In this document: piece by piece, positions 24,813-37,700 of the stretch
Position numbering within the stretch: the first letter of the stretch is position 1
How the letters are laid out: each line of letters starts with the position of its first letter
NCBI GenBank assembly: GCA_965285935.1
Contig: OZ260662.1
Span: 97,526,001 to 97,590,000, forward strand
Direction: 5' to 3'
Origin: Ophelia neglecta
Taxonomy: Eukaryota
Length of the DNA stretch: 64,000 nt
Translations under genes and position numbers: made by a program
The notes under the pieces: model-generated
Told to the model about the DNA's origin: nothing
The model's database searches: none
Seen by the model: the letters and a program-made list of their open reading frames with translations, nothing else

Positions 24813-27800
24813 GTCAGCACATTTTTATATTACTTGATATTATACTTCATGTATACTACTTCATGGGTTTACTACTTATAGCTGTGATCTATTTTATCTG
24901 TTTTTAATATCCGACAGCTACGCAAATCCCTTTTTGCTAGCACGATTTCAAATCAAAGAATCAGGACAAAGCACAATAATTCACTCCTAACACCCAGTTG
25001 TCAATTTTTATGCTTTGGGCGGATTTTAGTTTGGTAAAAATTAGCATAACCCTAGTTTCACTGTGTATTTCTGTATAGTATATGTATGGGGTGTGTTAGT
25101 TATAAATAGAGTCATATGGAAGAGTCATATGATGTCAATAGAGTCACACTAGAGTCACATTAAAAAGAGCTAGATTATATAGATCATAGCTTTACATTCT
25201 TGTCTAAATAGTGCCCTGATTTGTAAATTGAATAGATTATGGCTATGTTATTGGTTGCTAAACATATATTAGTATATCCCCCAAAAAATTATAGTAATAT
25301 ATAGAGCATATTTTAAATGTTTATGCTGCTAACTTGAGTAGAACAAAAGAACTCCTGATTTTGTTGACCACATTTTGTGTACTCTTAAATTTGGATATTG
25401 TGTTTTGATTGTATGTGTGATATTTAGGTTTGTTATTGTTCTCCAATATGATGGTTATATTTAGGGGTGAGTGGTAACCTTGACGATGAGAGACAGATTG
25501 GGATGGTAGATTTATGTTATCACCAGTTATGATTGTTGTTTTAATGTAAGCGGGTGCAGTAATAACATCTGTTATCAGAGTTCTGCCGGAGGCTGTGTGC
25601 CTACCTGTCTCTCAGTTTGTCTGGATGTGTGTTTGTCTGTGTGTTTGTCTGTGTTGTCTGACTGTCAAATGAGCTAGTCACATTATGGTCAGATCATATA
25701 CATATTTAAACAATAACCGGTGGTCATCAGCACTAGGGATGAGGTGTATTAGTCACCATATGCTGTCATTGTCAGCTAACTGATAGAACATGCCCCATAA
25801 CCAAATACAACGTGCAGGACACATAACGTCAAATTCATGTCCGAAGGCTGTCATTAACCTTATATGTGCCAGAATATGTTTGATTAATTGATCGTGACAC
25901 GGGACATCCACCAACCTTATGTCATGACAGGTCACAGGTTTACTGTAATATCCCAGTTGATTTTTCTACATGTGCGCGAAAACAGACACAGCATTACTCC
26001 TATGTGCTATTAAATATCACCTGGCCGTGATCTTTTAAAGTTAATTACCTATCATCTGCCTTTTGTAGTTAATGACTTATAGGAGTGGTTGTTAGTCATT
26101 TTCATTTAATTATCCAAGCACATAACATGCAGGAATGAACAGTCTTAGGTCAAAAGTGAGGCCTTCTTTTCAGATTTACGTGTCGGCTTGCATGGGAAAA
26201 TGTCATTTTTATGTGTATTTCTATTTAAATATTGTTTAGGTGATGTATGACTGTCTTGATTTATGCTCTCGATGCTATCTCTGTCTGATTTTGGAAAATG
26301 TGGAGAATATTTGCTGCTCGTAAATCTCGCGAGCATTAACAGCCATGTCAGCGAAGTCCAAGTCCGTCTGCCTGCAGGATCTCTTATATATGTATCTGTC
26401 GATCTGCTCGTAATTAATCTGTTGTGGCCATGAAGATGTCAGCTCTGACGCATATCTAGGCTATAGTGTCTCACATATTGGTTGGATTGTATATGTTTAT
26501 GATCAAAAGTTTTTAGCTTTTTGTGTTGTTGATTGCCTGTTCTCTTGAGATATAAAAGTCCTTCCTGATGTGGCTAGACTCCACTCTGCACGGCAAATTA
26601 CCAAAAACAACTACCTTGAGAATGCTGCCTGATCACTACATTATTGCAGAAGGCTAAAAACTTGGACAAAATTTGGCAGTAGATAATACAGTTAGCTGTT
26701 GTTAGGAAAACTGTGTAATAAAGTGAGTGTAGATAGATATGCTAGCTTGATTAATGTCTGGGGGTGAGATGAGCATGGCGGCACGTAGCCTGCATATTTT
26801 AAAACCCCGAGTCGGAGACGTGCAAGAAAGGGCTATCTCGATGCCCTCGCAATCCTCCAAGGGGAAAAAATGACTTTCTTCCATCCTTACGCAATTAATA
26901 ATACTTTATCTAGGGTGCTTGTCTCTATGAAATGATAGGAACATCTGCACAGCTCCATCAAAATATGTGTAGTTGTTATCTCAGCAGACAGAGATGTTGT
27001 CTGAGAAATGCCCGCCTATTGGATCACATTGCAGGATTTGTCAAAGTAAATTGACTTCAGACTAGCAAAATACTGACGCAAAAGAAAAATGCAAAACTCC
27101 TCCAAAAATGGTATTAGTTAGGGATAAATGGGCCCTTCCGTATTGGGGCCGCCCAGATGAAAAAGGTAATCCTGCTATGGTTGATGGGGGCTGGACTTTT
27201 CTGTTTTATGTTAATTGGCTAAAATGCTGTGTACCATATTTGATTATTTCTTATTAATGTCAGTGTTTTCTTAGATGATAAATTCATCAGCTTGATCAGT
27301 AGTTCTGTTTATTACCAGTCAAATATCTAGCTGCTCTTTGAAATGACACAGACTGTAAAGTTGCATATTGACACTTCCCATAAAGTAGGGGTGTGGCTCG
27401 GTTGAAATCATGTGGTTCACTCTCGTATGCAGAAATAAATTGTGAAAACATCCTTTTATTAAGTAATGAAGAAATTTTATTGAATTTCATTGAATAGGGC
27501 TGACAATCAATAACCAAATGTTTGATTTATACATGATTTATATCTGATTTATATCTGATTTATGGTGAAACACAAATTTATTGAAGAAATGCGCTTTCTT
27601 CTGTCTAATTTCTCCACCAGCAATTTAACCAGCATTTATGTCGGCTCTTGGGCAATAAAAGCAGTGCGGAGGGATCATTAAACTAGTTGGTGAAGTACAC
27701 ATATTCTAGCGGGAAGTAGTGGAGGAGAGCTTTGATAGCTCAATCGCCTTATGTACCGGTAGATTGTGTTTACAAGACCTTGACTCCAATGCACCCAGCC

Positions 27801-29903
27801 AACCGGTGGCCAGAGGGAGCACTGTTCTGAAATTGCAGACTGTTCTATTCTTGCATGGGGGAGGGGGGGGGGCAGCTTGCTCTAGACCATGTTTCCACGC
27901 CCTAGGTATGATTGTTTCTACCCCCTTCCTTCTGTGCCCTACCCCACCAACCCATTTAACCATGACCATGTACATATGCCCTTTCTTAAATGCCGCACCC
28001 AAAACTTGGAAATGCCATTCACTCACACCAGCCCCTCCCCTGCAACATAACTCTGACTGAATAACATTTATTCCTCCAGATGGTTTAAAGAGATAACTCT
28101 AAAATGGGTATATCTTTCCTGCCGCTGAGAACAAACTCTGTGCTATATGTTACAGAGGCTTGTAATAAGAGACATGACAACTGACTAGCTCCTGGCTTGC
28201 CAGCTCATGTGATTATATTTCCTGTAAAACTTTACGACCTGTGCCGTGTGCAGCATGTCTGCTACAACTTATAAATTGCAAACAGACCTGCTTATCACCA
28301 GTTTTTTTTTACCTGAATGTTTTTTTATGTTTTGTGAGTGTTCAAAGTGTTGTGCGACACATCTCCCACACTTAGACTTTGAAGCCCAGCAACCCCAGAA
28401 ATACTGAACCAATTTAATTGAGGTAAATTTGTGTGTGGGCTTATTACCTATAATTAGAGGCATGCACCCAAGCTAAGTTAGACAGCAATCCTCAGGGCTC
28501 TGTACACAGTAGAAAAGGGCAAAACTAAGGGTGCCAAGTGATGAAAGGGCTCCAATTTATAGCCTCCAAAATTTCCTGGATAACAGTAGATGGTCTTTGC
28601 TTGTTTTGAGGGATTTGGTCACATGTCATGGACATAATTTTCATCAGTAAAGTATTGCTTGGTTTTCTGAGTCTTTGTATATACTTGTCAGTTTTGTGAT
28701 ACAAGTAGACGCTTTCATTCGGTTTAATTCCTATCTTGCAGATAAATTGCTAACAACACATTTGGGATTGTTTAAATTGCAGTATCATACAGAGGAGATC
28801 CTTTTCCAGTCCCCATTTCATCATCAATAATCGTTTTCGGTCCAGACCCTGCCGTCCCATCTAATCTGGCTCACACTCCCGGTAGGTTTCCCATGAGCTT
28901 TATGAGGTTTCCCATGAGCTTTGCTGTTTTCTGATTTGCTGCCTGACAATGCCCACTTTAGCCGTATAGCTTTTTCGATTACACAATATCGCAGCACACA
29001 AGCCGAAATTGCTTCTGACAAGTCAAATCGCAACTGCTGCTACTAGAAATGTATTGATTCTGGTATTTTTTCTCTGCCTAAAACATGATTTAATAGCTTT
29101 GCACAGTGCACTCCTTCCTAGCTGGCTCCATTGTCCCTTTGTATTTGCAGTTAGATGGTCTAAGCCTCAACAGGTGACCCTGTCAGAGCAGGCGATCACA
29201 GTGCTGGTTTATTTTAATGGTTTAATGTATCTTCTCAACAGAATCCTTTCATGCACACTCATGTCATAAATCTGCTTAATACCGCTAAACTAGAATTGAC
29301 GAGGGTCGTCTCTTCATAGAGACCCGAGATGTATAATAGACAGTTATCATGTTATCGAATAAAGCGGATTACCGAGAGATAGATGGAGCTGAAAGCTATC
29401 GTAGATGTTTATATGGTATAGAGGACTCATCAGTCCCACTGCTCTGAGCCTCTGGACCAAATGAGGAATTCACAGCACATATTAAATATGACAATTAGGG
29501 CTTGTGTTATTGGTAAGGTGGTTAGGGCAGCTGATCAAAGCAGCCTGTCATCCCCTCGGTGCTACTCTATCCATACCGATTACAGCCTCTCCATGGAAAT
29601 GTGGTTACACTCAATAATATAGAACATCAATATCTATCAGGCTGATACTCTCATCCAAGAAACTTCAACAGCAGCGAAACTTTACAGATTGTGTTTTACC
29701 GAATATTTATGAATATTTACGACCTCAAATGTTTCAGTTGCTGAGAACAGAGAGTGACTTACAATTGCTAAATAATTAAGGCTGAGTCGGAATGTCTCAA
29801 GCAGGAAATAGTTGCAATAATTGCGAAATGGGCAAAACATTTTTGCTCACAAAATATTCCTGATAAACAGTAAGTGAAAGCGTAAAAGGGGTATATTAGG
29901 CTT

Positions 29904-30359
29904 CTGTGATAACAGGCTGACTACAGGGTATCCTGTGATAACAGGCTGACTACAGGGTATTCTGTGATAGCAGGCTGACTACAGGGTATTCTGTGATAGC
30001 AGGCTGACTACAGGGTATTCTGTGATAGCAGGGTGACTGACTACAGGGTATTCTGTGATAGCAGGGTGACTACAGGGTATTCTGTGATAGCAGGGTGACT
30101 ACAGGGTATTCTGTGATAGCAGGCTGACTACAGGGTATTCTGTGATAGCAGGCTGACTACAGGGTATTCTGTGATAGCAGGGTGACTGACTACAGGGTAT
30201 TCTGTGATAGCAGGCTGACTACAGGGTATTCTGTGATAGCAGGGTGACTGACTACAGGGTATTCTGTGATAGCAGGGTGACTGACTACAGGGTATTCTGT
30301 GATAGCAGGGTGACTGACTACAGGGTATTCTGTGATAGCAGGGTGACTGACTACAGGGT
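29904..30359. repeat. Homogeneous minisatellite, 15 copies of 29/33-bp units
   Basis: CTGTGATAGCAGG(C/G)TGAC[TGAC]TACAGGGTATT; nine 29-bp and six 33-bp units. Confidence 0.97.
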
Positions 30360-31199
30360 TCTTTGAATCTTTATAAATTAAATACAGTTCTCTTTTTGAA
30401 TATATATGTTAAATAATTCTATATATATATATAAAGCTAAATGTCTTACTTAGCAATAAAATAAGATGTGTATACATACCTTGTTTATTAGATAGTCTTG
30501 TAGATTTCTATATTAGTCAGTTTGGTGTGTTTAAGGTGGTAGTTCTCAGTTACAGTTTACAACTCATCTGTTTGTTATAAATGAGTTGGAGACGTAGACC
30601 TTCTCAAAGACTGGGTTTCATCATAGAAGCTTGTTTTACATTCTGTTGATTGAAAGATCACGGGCGCCCCGACGTGTATAAATGCTTCAAGGAAATGGAG
30701 AAAGCAAAACTAGGAGAAACGGAAATGGAGGCCCTCACGTGAACTGCCTATGATGAATGTAACTCCTTATGAGTGTGTTAGATGACAAGGCTCGCCGTTT
30801 GTCTGTGGCGGCCATTGTAAATCAATCACTGACGATAACCATTTAGATCTTTATCAACTTAAATAGAACAATTGGCAGTGATTTAAATTCCAAACAATCG
30901 TACAAGGGACCTGGCAGTGCAAAGAGGCCAAGAAATACAAGGAGGAAAGTTACAAAGTGAGCTGAGGCTTGCCAGTTTGGATTCCCTCAATCAAATCAGC
31001 GTGTTTTGGATTAGGAAGGAAAACAAACTTGCCATTCCAAAATGACGTCTAGTCAATACTGGAGAAAACAAACTTGTCGCTCCCGACTGACTTGTAGTCA
31101 ATACCAGCCCCTCTGGCTGAGAGCTAGACCAACCAACCCAGTTGTTATCTAATTTTCGGATTGCGAATGGCCTTGACAGCTACTGAGGACTGAATGGGA

Positions 31200-31730
31200 A
31201 CCTGGCGCTCTGCTTAACAGGGCCAACTGAGTATCCATTCTCTGGGACTAGGGACAGATTGGGGACTGACTAGGGACCAGGCACATGGCTTGACAGGGCC
31301 TACTGAGTATCCCTTCCCTGGGACTAGGGTCTGATTGGGGACTGACTAGGGACCAGGCACATGGCTTGACAGGGCCTACTGAGTATCCCTTCCCTGGGAC
31401 TAGGGTCTGATTGGGGACTGACTAGGGACCAGACACATGGCTTGACAGGCTCTGATTGGGGCGCTTGGCTTTACAGGTCCTACCGGGTATCCATTCCAGT
31501 CTAGGGACTGACTGGGGACTGCAAGATTGATTAGGGACTGACTGGGGACTGATTAAGGGACTAACTCAGGACCTGGCACTTGGGTTGACAGAACCTACTG
31601 CCAGTAGGTTCTGTCAACCCAAGTGGGTGTCCATTCCTGTCAAGGGATTGACTGGGGACGGACTAAGCAAACCATTGACTGGGTACTGATTAAGGAATGA
31701 CTGGGTACTTGGCTTGACAGAGCCTACCAC
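31200..31730. repeat. 76-bp tandem repeat (about 3 close copies, then degenerate copies)
   Basis: CTGGGACTAGGG recurs at 31242, 31318 and 31394; GGCTTGACAG..CCTAC and GGGGACTGA motifs continue to about 31730. Confidence 0.9.
31577..31625. repeat. Perfect inverted repeat, 24-bp arms with a 1-nt spacer
   Basis: CACTTGGGTTGACAGAACCTACTG-C-CAGTAGGTTCTGTCAACCCAAGTG. Confidence 0.97.
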
Positions 31731-34700
31731 TGCTTGGCATGTTGACATACTGTATATGTACTGGGCTCTTTATTGACCTATCATAACTAGGATCACTGTG
31801 ACTAAGCCAGTAGTTCTGTTAGCCTTAGGTTTGAGTGTAGAAGCCAGCTCCCTAGACAGACTGTCTGATTCAGGCTTACAGTCTGTGTATTGTTAAACAA
31901 ACAGTTATGTCTTATGAAATTCATGTGAAATTGAGGAATACATTTTTAAGCACATACTTTTTTTTAGTAAATTGGTGATTTTAGAGATTAATGATGGTTC
32001 CTGGATGTGGCCAGCTGGTCTCGGGCTGGGCTGTCTACCCTGGTGAGGTTGTAGTAAGTGTGTGTGTGTGTGCCTTGAGAGTGTTATGGTGGCCTATGAC
32101 AGCAGCCACTGAAGGTTGTTTGATAATGGAAGGGCCCCTCTGGACATTGATACTTCTACTGAGTGTTAACTACTCAGTGACATGCGGGAATCCCAGGTAT
32201 GATCAACAAACAGGGATCCTCGGTACCTCGCCAGCCGCCCAGACTCCATAGAGATAGACTCCATAAAGATAGACCCCAGAGAGGTAGACTCTCAGGCCTA
32301 CAGGTATCAGGGCTACATCTTCTAGAACTATAGAAATATATATATCTAATGGGGGGGATTTGCCGAATGGGTGTAAAGTGTAGGGTAAGCCTGTAACCTA
32401 TATATTTATCTTCCATACAACTGTTTAGCATCTCCAGACAGTTTATAAACTGGACACTCCCTCCTGACCTGAACTGTGTACACATGTATTGACAGGCCAG
32501 GATGACCTGTAAGCTGGGGACACACTGATTGTGGTACCATGGGAAAGGTATAACCTTCTACACAGGACACCCAGCGTCCAACTGGTCCTAGTCAGCCCGC
32601 TGATGTGTGTACAAATGTGTGGAATGTCTACGCCCAGCCTCTCTGTCCATCTAAGATGTCTCCCACTGTTATGACTGATGCTAACCCCACCTTAAGTCAC
32701 TACTAACCACATGTCTGTTGATTCAAATAAATTAGATTGCCCATCAGTGCATGCAACAAAAATCATGCAATGTCTAAGTTATATTGACATTCTGGTTGTC
32801 TGCTGGCTTTACAGATGTATGATAAACAGAGCTGGTTCCCTGCAGATCCACGCTAGTTCCCTGCAAATGCTGGCGATGTCTGAGCATGTGTGCCTGACAC
32901 TCACAAAGCCTGCTCTGATGTGATTTTTATTGAGGGACTGGGATCATGAGAATGGCAGGGAACAAGCCGGCCATTACAATGTCCTAAATATGCTTTTCAC
33001 TGGGTGGATTTGCAGGCAGGGGAATAAAAAAGACAACTTGGTTGTCATTTTCAATAGTTTTTTTGATAGTTTACGGCCCAGTGCCTAACAGTCTTTGCCT
33101 GGGAGAGATATGTGGCCATTTATCAGCAATATATTCAAATTGACCTGCCTAAGAAATGCATTTCAAATGGAAATTAGCGGCGACCTAGGCAGACGTGTTA
33201 GTGAGGTTGTGTTATTTCTATGATTTAGGACCTAAGTGACCCTGGCTGTAGAGATAAAAGTCAGCAGAATAATGATCTGGACCCGTAAATGTCTGTCGAT
33301 AGCGGTAGATCAGGATAAGCACAGCATATTAATTTGGATGGCATGAGACGGGGCCATCAATATGGTGTCTGGAAGTGGGTATTCCCTCTCCCTGCCCTAG
33401 CCTTTCTGACCCCATACCTCTCGGCTCTCTTATCAACTCCATTAGAGCCTCTATCGCTAGCTTTCTATTTATACTGTAAGCTTCATACAGAATGTTTGTA
33501 GTTTTAATGCCACCAAATCCATCGCTAGCACATAATATTTTATTACCGCAGAGGTTTTATCACGGAATGCGAATGCAACCATCCACTGCCTGGAGCATGC
33601 AAAGATGGATTCACATTCCGATAATGAAAGGGCACCCCGTTGCATTTATCTTCTTAAAGTTGATTCAACAATGCAGTGCGGAAAATAAAAATGCACAATA
33701 GGCGGCATTGACTGGCTCTCTTGCAGAGCTTGGGTTTTGCTAACATTTACTTGTCATGGGGGTATAAATTCCATCTGGTGAAATTGATTTGAATGGCTGG
33801 TTTGTAGAGGGGGTCTATCTCTTCCAGAAGTCTGCCTATCTGATTCTCAACGTCTGCTGTTCTGGGCAAACCTGGCCTGAACAGCTGAATCCGATAACAA
33901 TAGGGTGCTGCTTTAATAGCAGAGTGCTGAGGATTTGCGCCCTCAGCGACCAGACGCTAGTAAAGTTTGCTGCCATCGTAGAGAAGATTAACATGAGTTT
34001 TATACTGTTTCTTGTGCCGTGGTATCTTGTCTGGGAGCAGACTGACTCAGAACTGGAGCTGCATATGAGCCACCCTGCCTCAGGTGACACCAGCAATGCC
34101 ATAAATTGACTGTGGCCAATTCTATAAATTGGGTACGGAGCATGCCGGCAACCATCTCTCCCGTGAGTAAAACCAAAGATGGAATTCCTCCTGTGTAAAG
34201 ACAGAAAACTCCGTCAAAGTACCTCAGGAACTCCCATCTCTGTGGAGTTTCAGTTGGTTTTATTGTGTGAACAAGCATTGGGACACAGTACAACTAGGTC
34301 AGATTTAAATAAAACCCCAAACAGGTTAAAACCGGCTAACAGACTGAATCTACCCAATTGTATTCAGGACACGACACATTTTTTCTTTGCTTCCTGCAAG
34401 GGATCTGTCCATGCATACAAGATGGGTCTCGATGTGCTTCTCTGTATGGCAGTCTGTAGGTTCACATAGCAGGGTGTTAAATATGGGATTCGCCTTCTTA
34501 CTAGCTTTCCCTTGACGACGTCTGTTTGTGAGACACCCACTTAGTTTGTATAATCTAAATATATCACCAGACTAATTAAAAGTACTAAACATGGCTGATA
34601 TAGGTCTAATTTATAGACAACATTTCTGTAGAAGATGCTCCCGTTCCTCACAGGTCTGCAGGTTTTTATCAGTCCTACCACAGAACTGCACAGCTCGTAT

Positions 34701-37700
34701 CAGGGCTGAAAACAACACTGATTAGGAGATCTACCCAGTGGGGTAGGGTCATGGCAATAACAATATTAGGCAGATATGTCTTTTTGCAATAATCAATGTA
34801 TTTTGTTTCAATTTTTTCATCATTTTCTAGATATTTATTAGTTTCGGACATTCTAATTGGTTGATATTGGTGGCATTCAATTAGGCCAACGTCTACCTGC
34901 AAGACTTCCTTATTAAGTTGTTTGTGTGCATTTTCAGTGATACACATGAGAATGGAGGCTGAGTCAGTGAGGTGAATGTGTCAGACAATATGCGTCTGTG
35001 TTTATTAGCTGGGTAGGCTTTGTGGCCGGGTCAGAATTCATCAGAGGGTGTATATCACACACTATTTAACACATTAAGCAGAGGGGAGGGATTAGATATT
35101 CTAGGCAGCATATGGATAGGAGGTCATTAGGGTGTTGAATGCTACCTAAACAGATGCTCCCTGGCTGTAAACAAGAGGCGGCAGACGACCAGGGAATCAT
35201 CGGCCACATACAACACTTGTTATCAGTGATTATTATAGGCAGACTTGTGTCAGATTCCTCGGTTTAACAAATACACTAGGGTGGTTTATTTGGGAATGGA
35301 TGAGTAAAAACGTGCTGCTGCTAGCTGTGGTAATCCTGTTAGAGCCAGGACGCTGTACCCTGCATCAAGGCTTTTGGTAGAGAGTATTTGTGATCTAGGG
35401 AGATTTTTTTTTGGGGGGGGGAACCACCTAGTGCACGCACCCAGTGGATTTCTAGATCACATCTTGAGAGCCATTTGGAGAGTTAGGGGGGGATGCTGAC
35501 AGCCCCACCCCTCCTCACCGCCCCATAGACTGCCTGTAGTGTCTAGCCTGTAGTGTGGGGGAGTGCCTCATTGTCAGGAGATCTGAGAGTTGTATGTAGT
35601 ATGTGAGCCCAGAAATGTAAGATGGAAACCAATTACAGCCTGGGAGACCACACCAACTCGGCATTCCTCTCTCACGGCCACAATGGCTGAATTGATGGAA
35701 ATGTGTTGTTTGGTCGAAGGCGGAATGAGGGAATTGGTGATTGGTGATGTATTGAACAGCACTTAGAGGGTTTACTAGCAGCCGTGTGTGTCTGATTGGC
35801 TGATTATTCAGGTCACACAATTCATTACTGTCTAGTTAGTAACCTAAAAGAGCCCTTGGCCTCTCAATACCTCCCATTCTGATGCCCGGACATGAATTCA
35901 TGGGGGGGGGGGGGGGGGGGTTAGTAGCCTTAAAGACAACCCAAAACCTGGGGGGGGGGGGGGATTATTGTGTTGTCCACATAACTCAGTGATACTAAAA
36001 GTTGATTGGCCAATGTATTACACAGGCTGGAAAGAAGGCAAAGGTGGTTATAATAGGTGCCATAAAAGGAGACGAGTTACCCAGGGTACCCCTGTAATGA
36101 CCTACTTTATTGCTGTTGGGCTACATCTGTCTAATAACTTTTCATTAGGGCTCACACAATTATGTCCTTCCTTCCAATATGGCATGTTCCCCAGAATGGG
36201 GTCCTGCCTTCCATGGCACCCACAATGAGGTCCAGCCCACTATGGCATCCCAGAATGAGGTCCCAAACGCCTTCCATGGCACACACCTCACTATGAGATC
36301 CTTCCTTCCTTAGCTGGCTATTGTAGTGGGTACTTAGACCTCAGCCATCTGGGTAAGTGGCAGCAAACTAGGAGACTGGTCAAACACTGGCCTACAGCTC
36401 AAGTAGTAGTAAAATAGTACATCCACAGCTTCCCAAGTTGAACTTCTCTCATCTTTACTGGAGAGGTAAAAACAAGCAAATTCATATACTTCCTCCAGTG
36501 ATGAGGAATCCATTTGGTATATTGGCCTATTGTTGTCTTCGGAAACTGCTGGAAGGGTAGATTTTTATGCCTATTCTAGGAAGCACTCACCGTTTGGGCC
36601 TGGAGATTTGAGCCACACAATACAGTGATATTTGTGTTCTTAAAGCTACCCAGGCTAGTCTTGAGCATGCCGAATAGAGCCTCACATCTATAGATTTGAC
36701 GATCTCCCCGAGGCTATCCGTTGCTAGTAAATTCATGGCAAGGCCTGTGAGTTGATCCTTGACATGGCAGGAATCTTTCTCCGGCTACAGCCATTTTTCA
36801 ATGAATTCTTTTGCCAATTTGCGCCAGTTTTGCAGAGAAAAGCGCCAGAGGACTTTTGGCTTGTGATTGGGCAGAGGCTGTTCTACATGCTGATGTATCA
36901 TTTCTGTCATTTAGGCCAACTTAAAACAGCTGTGAAGCTTTCTAAAGCAACCTTTGTCTGCAATTTATCTCTCCGCCAGACCATGGCTGAGGCTGCCGAT
37001 ATATGTATGACTTGAACTGCGTACATATTGTAAAACAGAATACGCTTGGAGGCAAATTTGGCAAATATAGCTCAGGATTGATCATCGACATGAATTGTAT
37101 GCTGACGGACTCGAGCCAGGAAGTTTTCCCTACGTAAAGTGGAAGCGGAATGTAAATTTCACAAAGGATATTTATACAAACAGGAAATATATTTGTTAAT
37201 TTCGCAATTCAAGAAATAATGTCCTGCTCTTGACAATTTTGTTATTTACAGTAGTGATGTGGCTGAAAATGCCAGAGCAAGCCATATATTCTCCTCACTC
37301 TGTGCCCAACTCATCTAAATTCACCTAATCTATCACAGCCGTTTCCTGACCTAAATTTTTATAGGACAAAAATGAAGCCGGCGACGGAGTTTTGATGGTG
37401 ATATACAGTATGTGGGTTTGCTGGGTTTGATGGATATGCCGTCAAAAGCTACCCGAGATATTTCATCAGAGGGAATATGCTTATATAAAGGCTCTATCTG
37501 TCTTGTGGAAGACTTGCACTTGGTAATCTGGATTTCAGCCCTCCAGCTTTAAATAAGGCATAGCATATTACTGCATGGTGCACTGCCAAAAATATACATG
37601 AAAACAGCATAGCAGCATAGTTTGCTTTATGGTGGAGTTTTTTCATATCGTTAAGATTTTCGGAGATGGACTGAAATAGGATGTCTAGATATAGGTGACT

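Noticed and set aside
24813-24881. ORF-track extension of Mbl to 94 aa (VSTFLYY...)
   Set aside because: Family similarity stops at the GT donor, so this is intron read-through and is not annotated as canonical CDS.
29904-30359. CRISPR-like appearance of the 29/33-bp array
   Set aside because: Units are head-to-tail with no unique spacers, there are no cas genes, and the context is eukaryotic.
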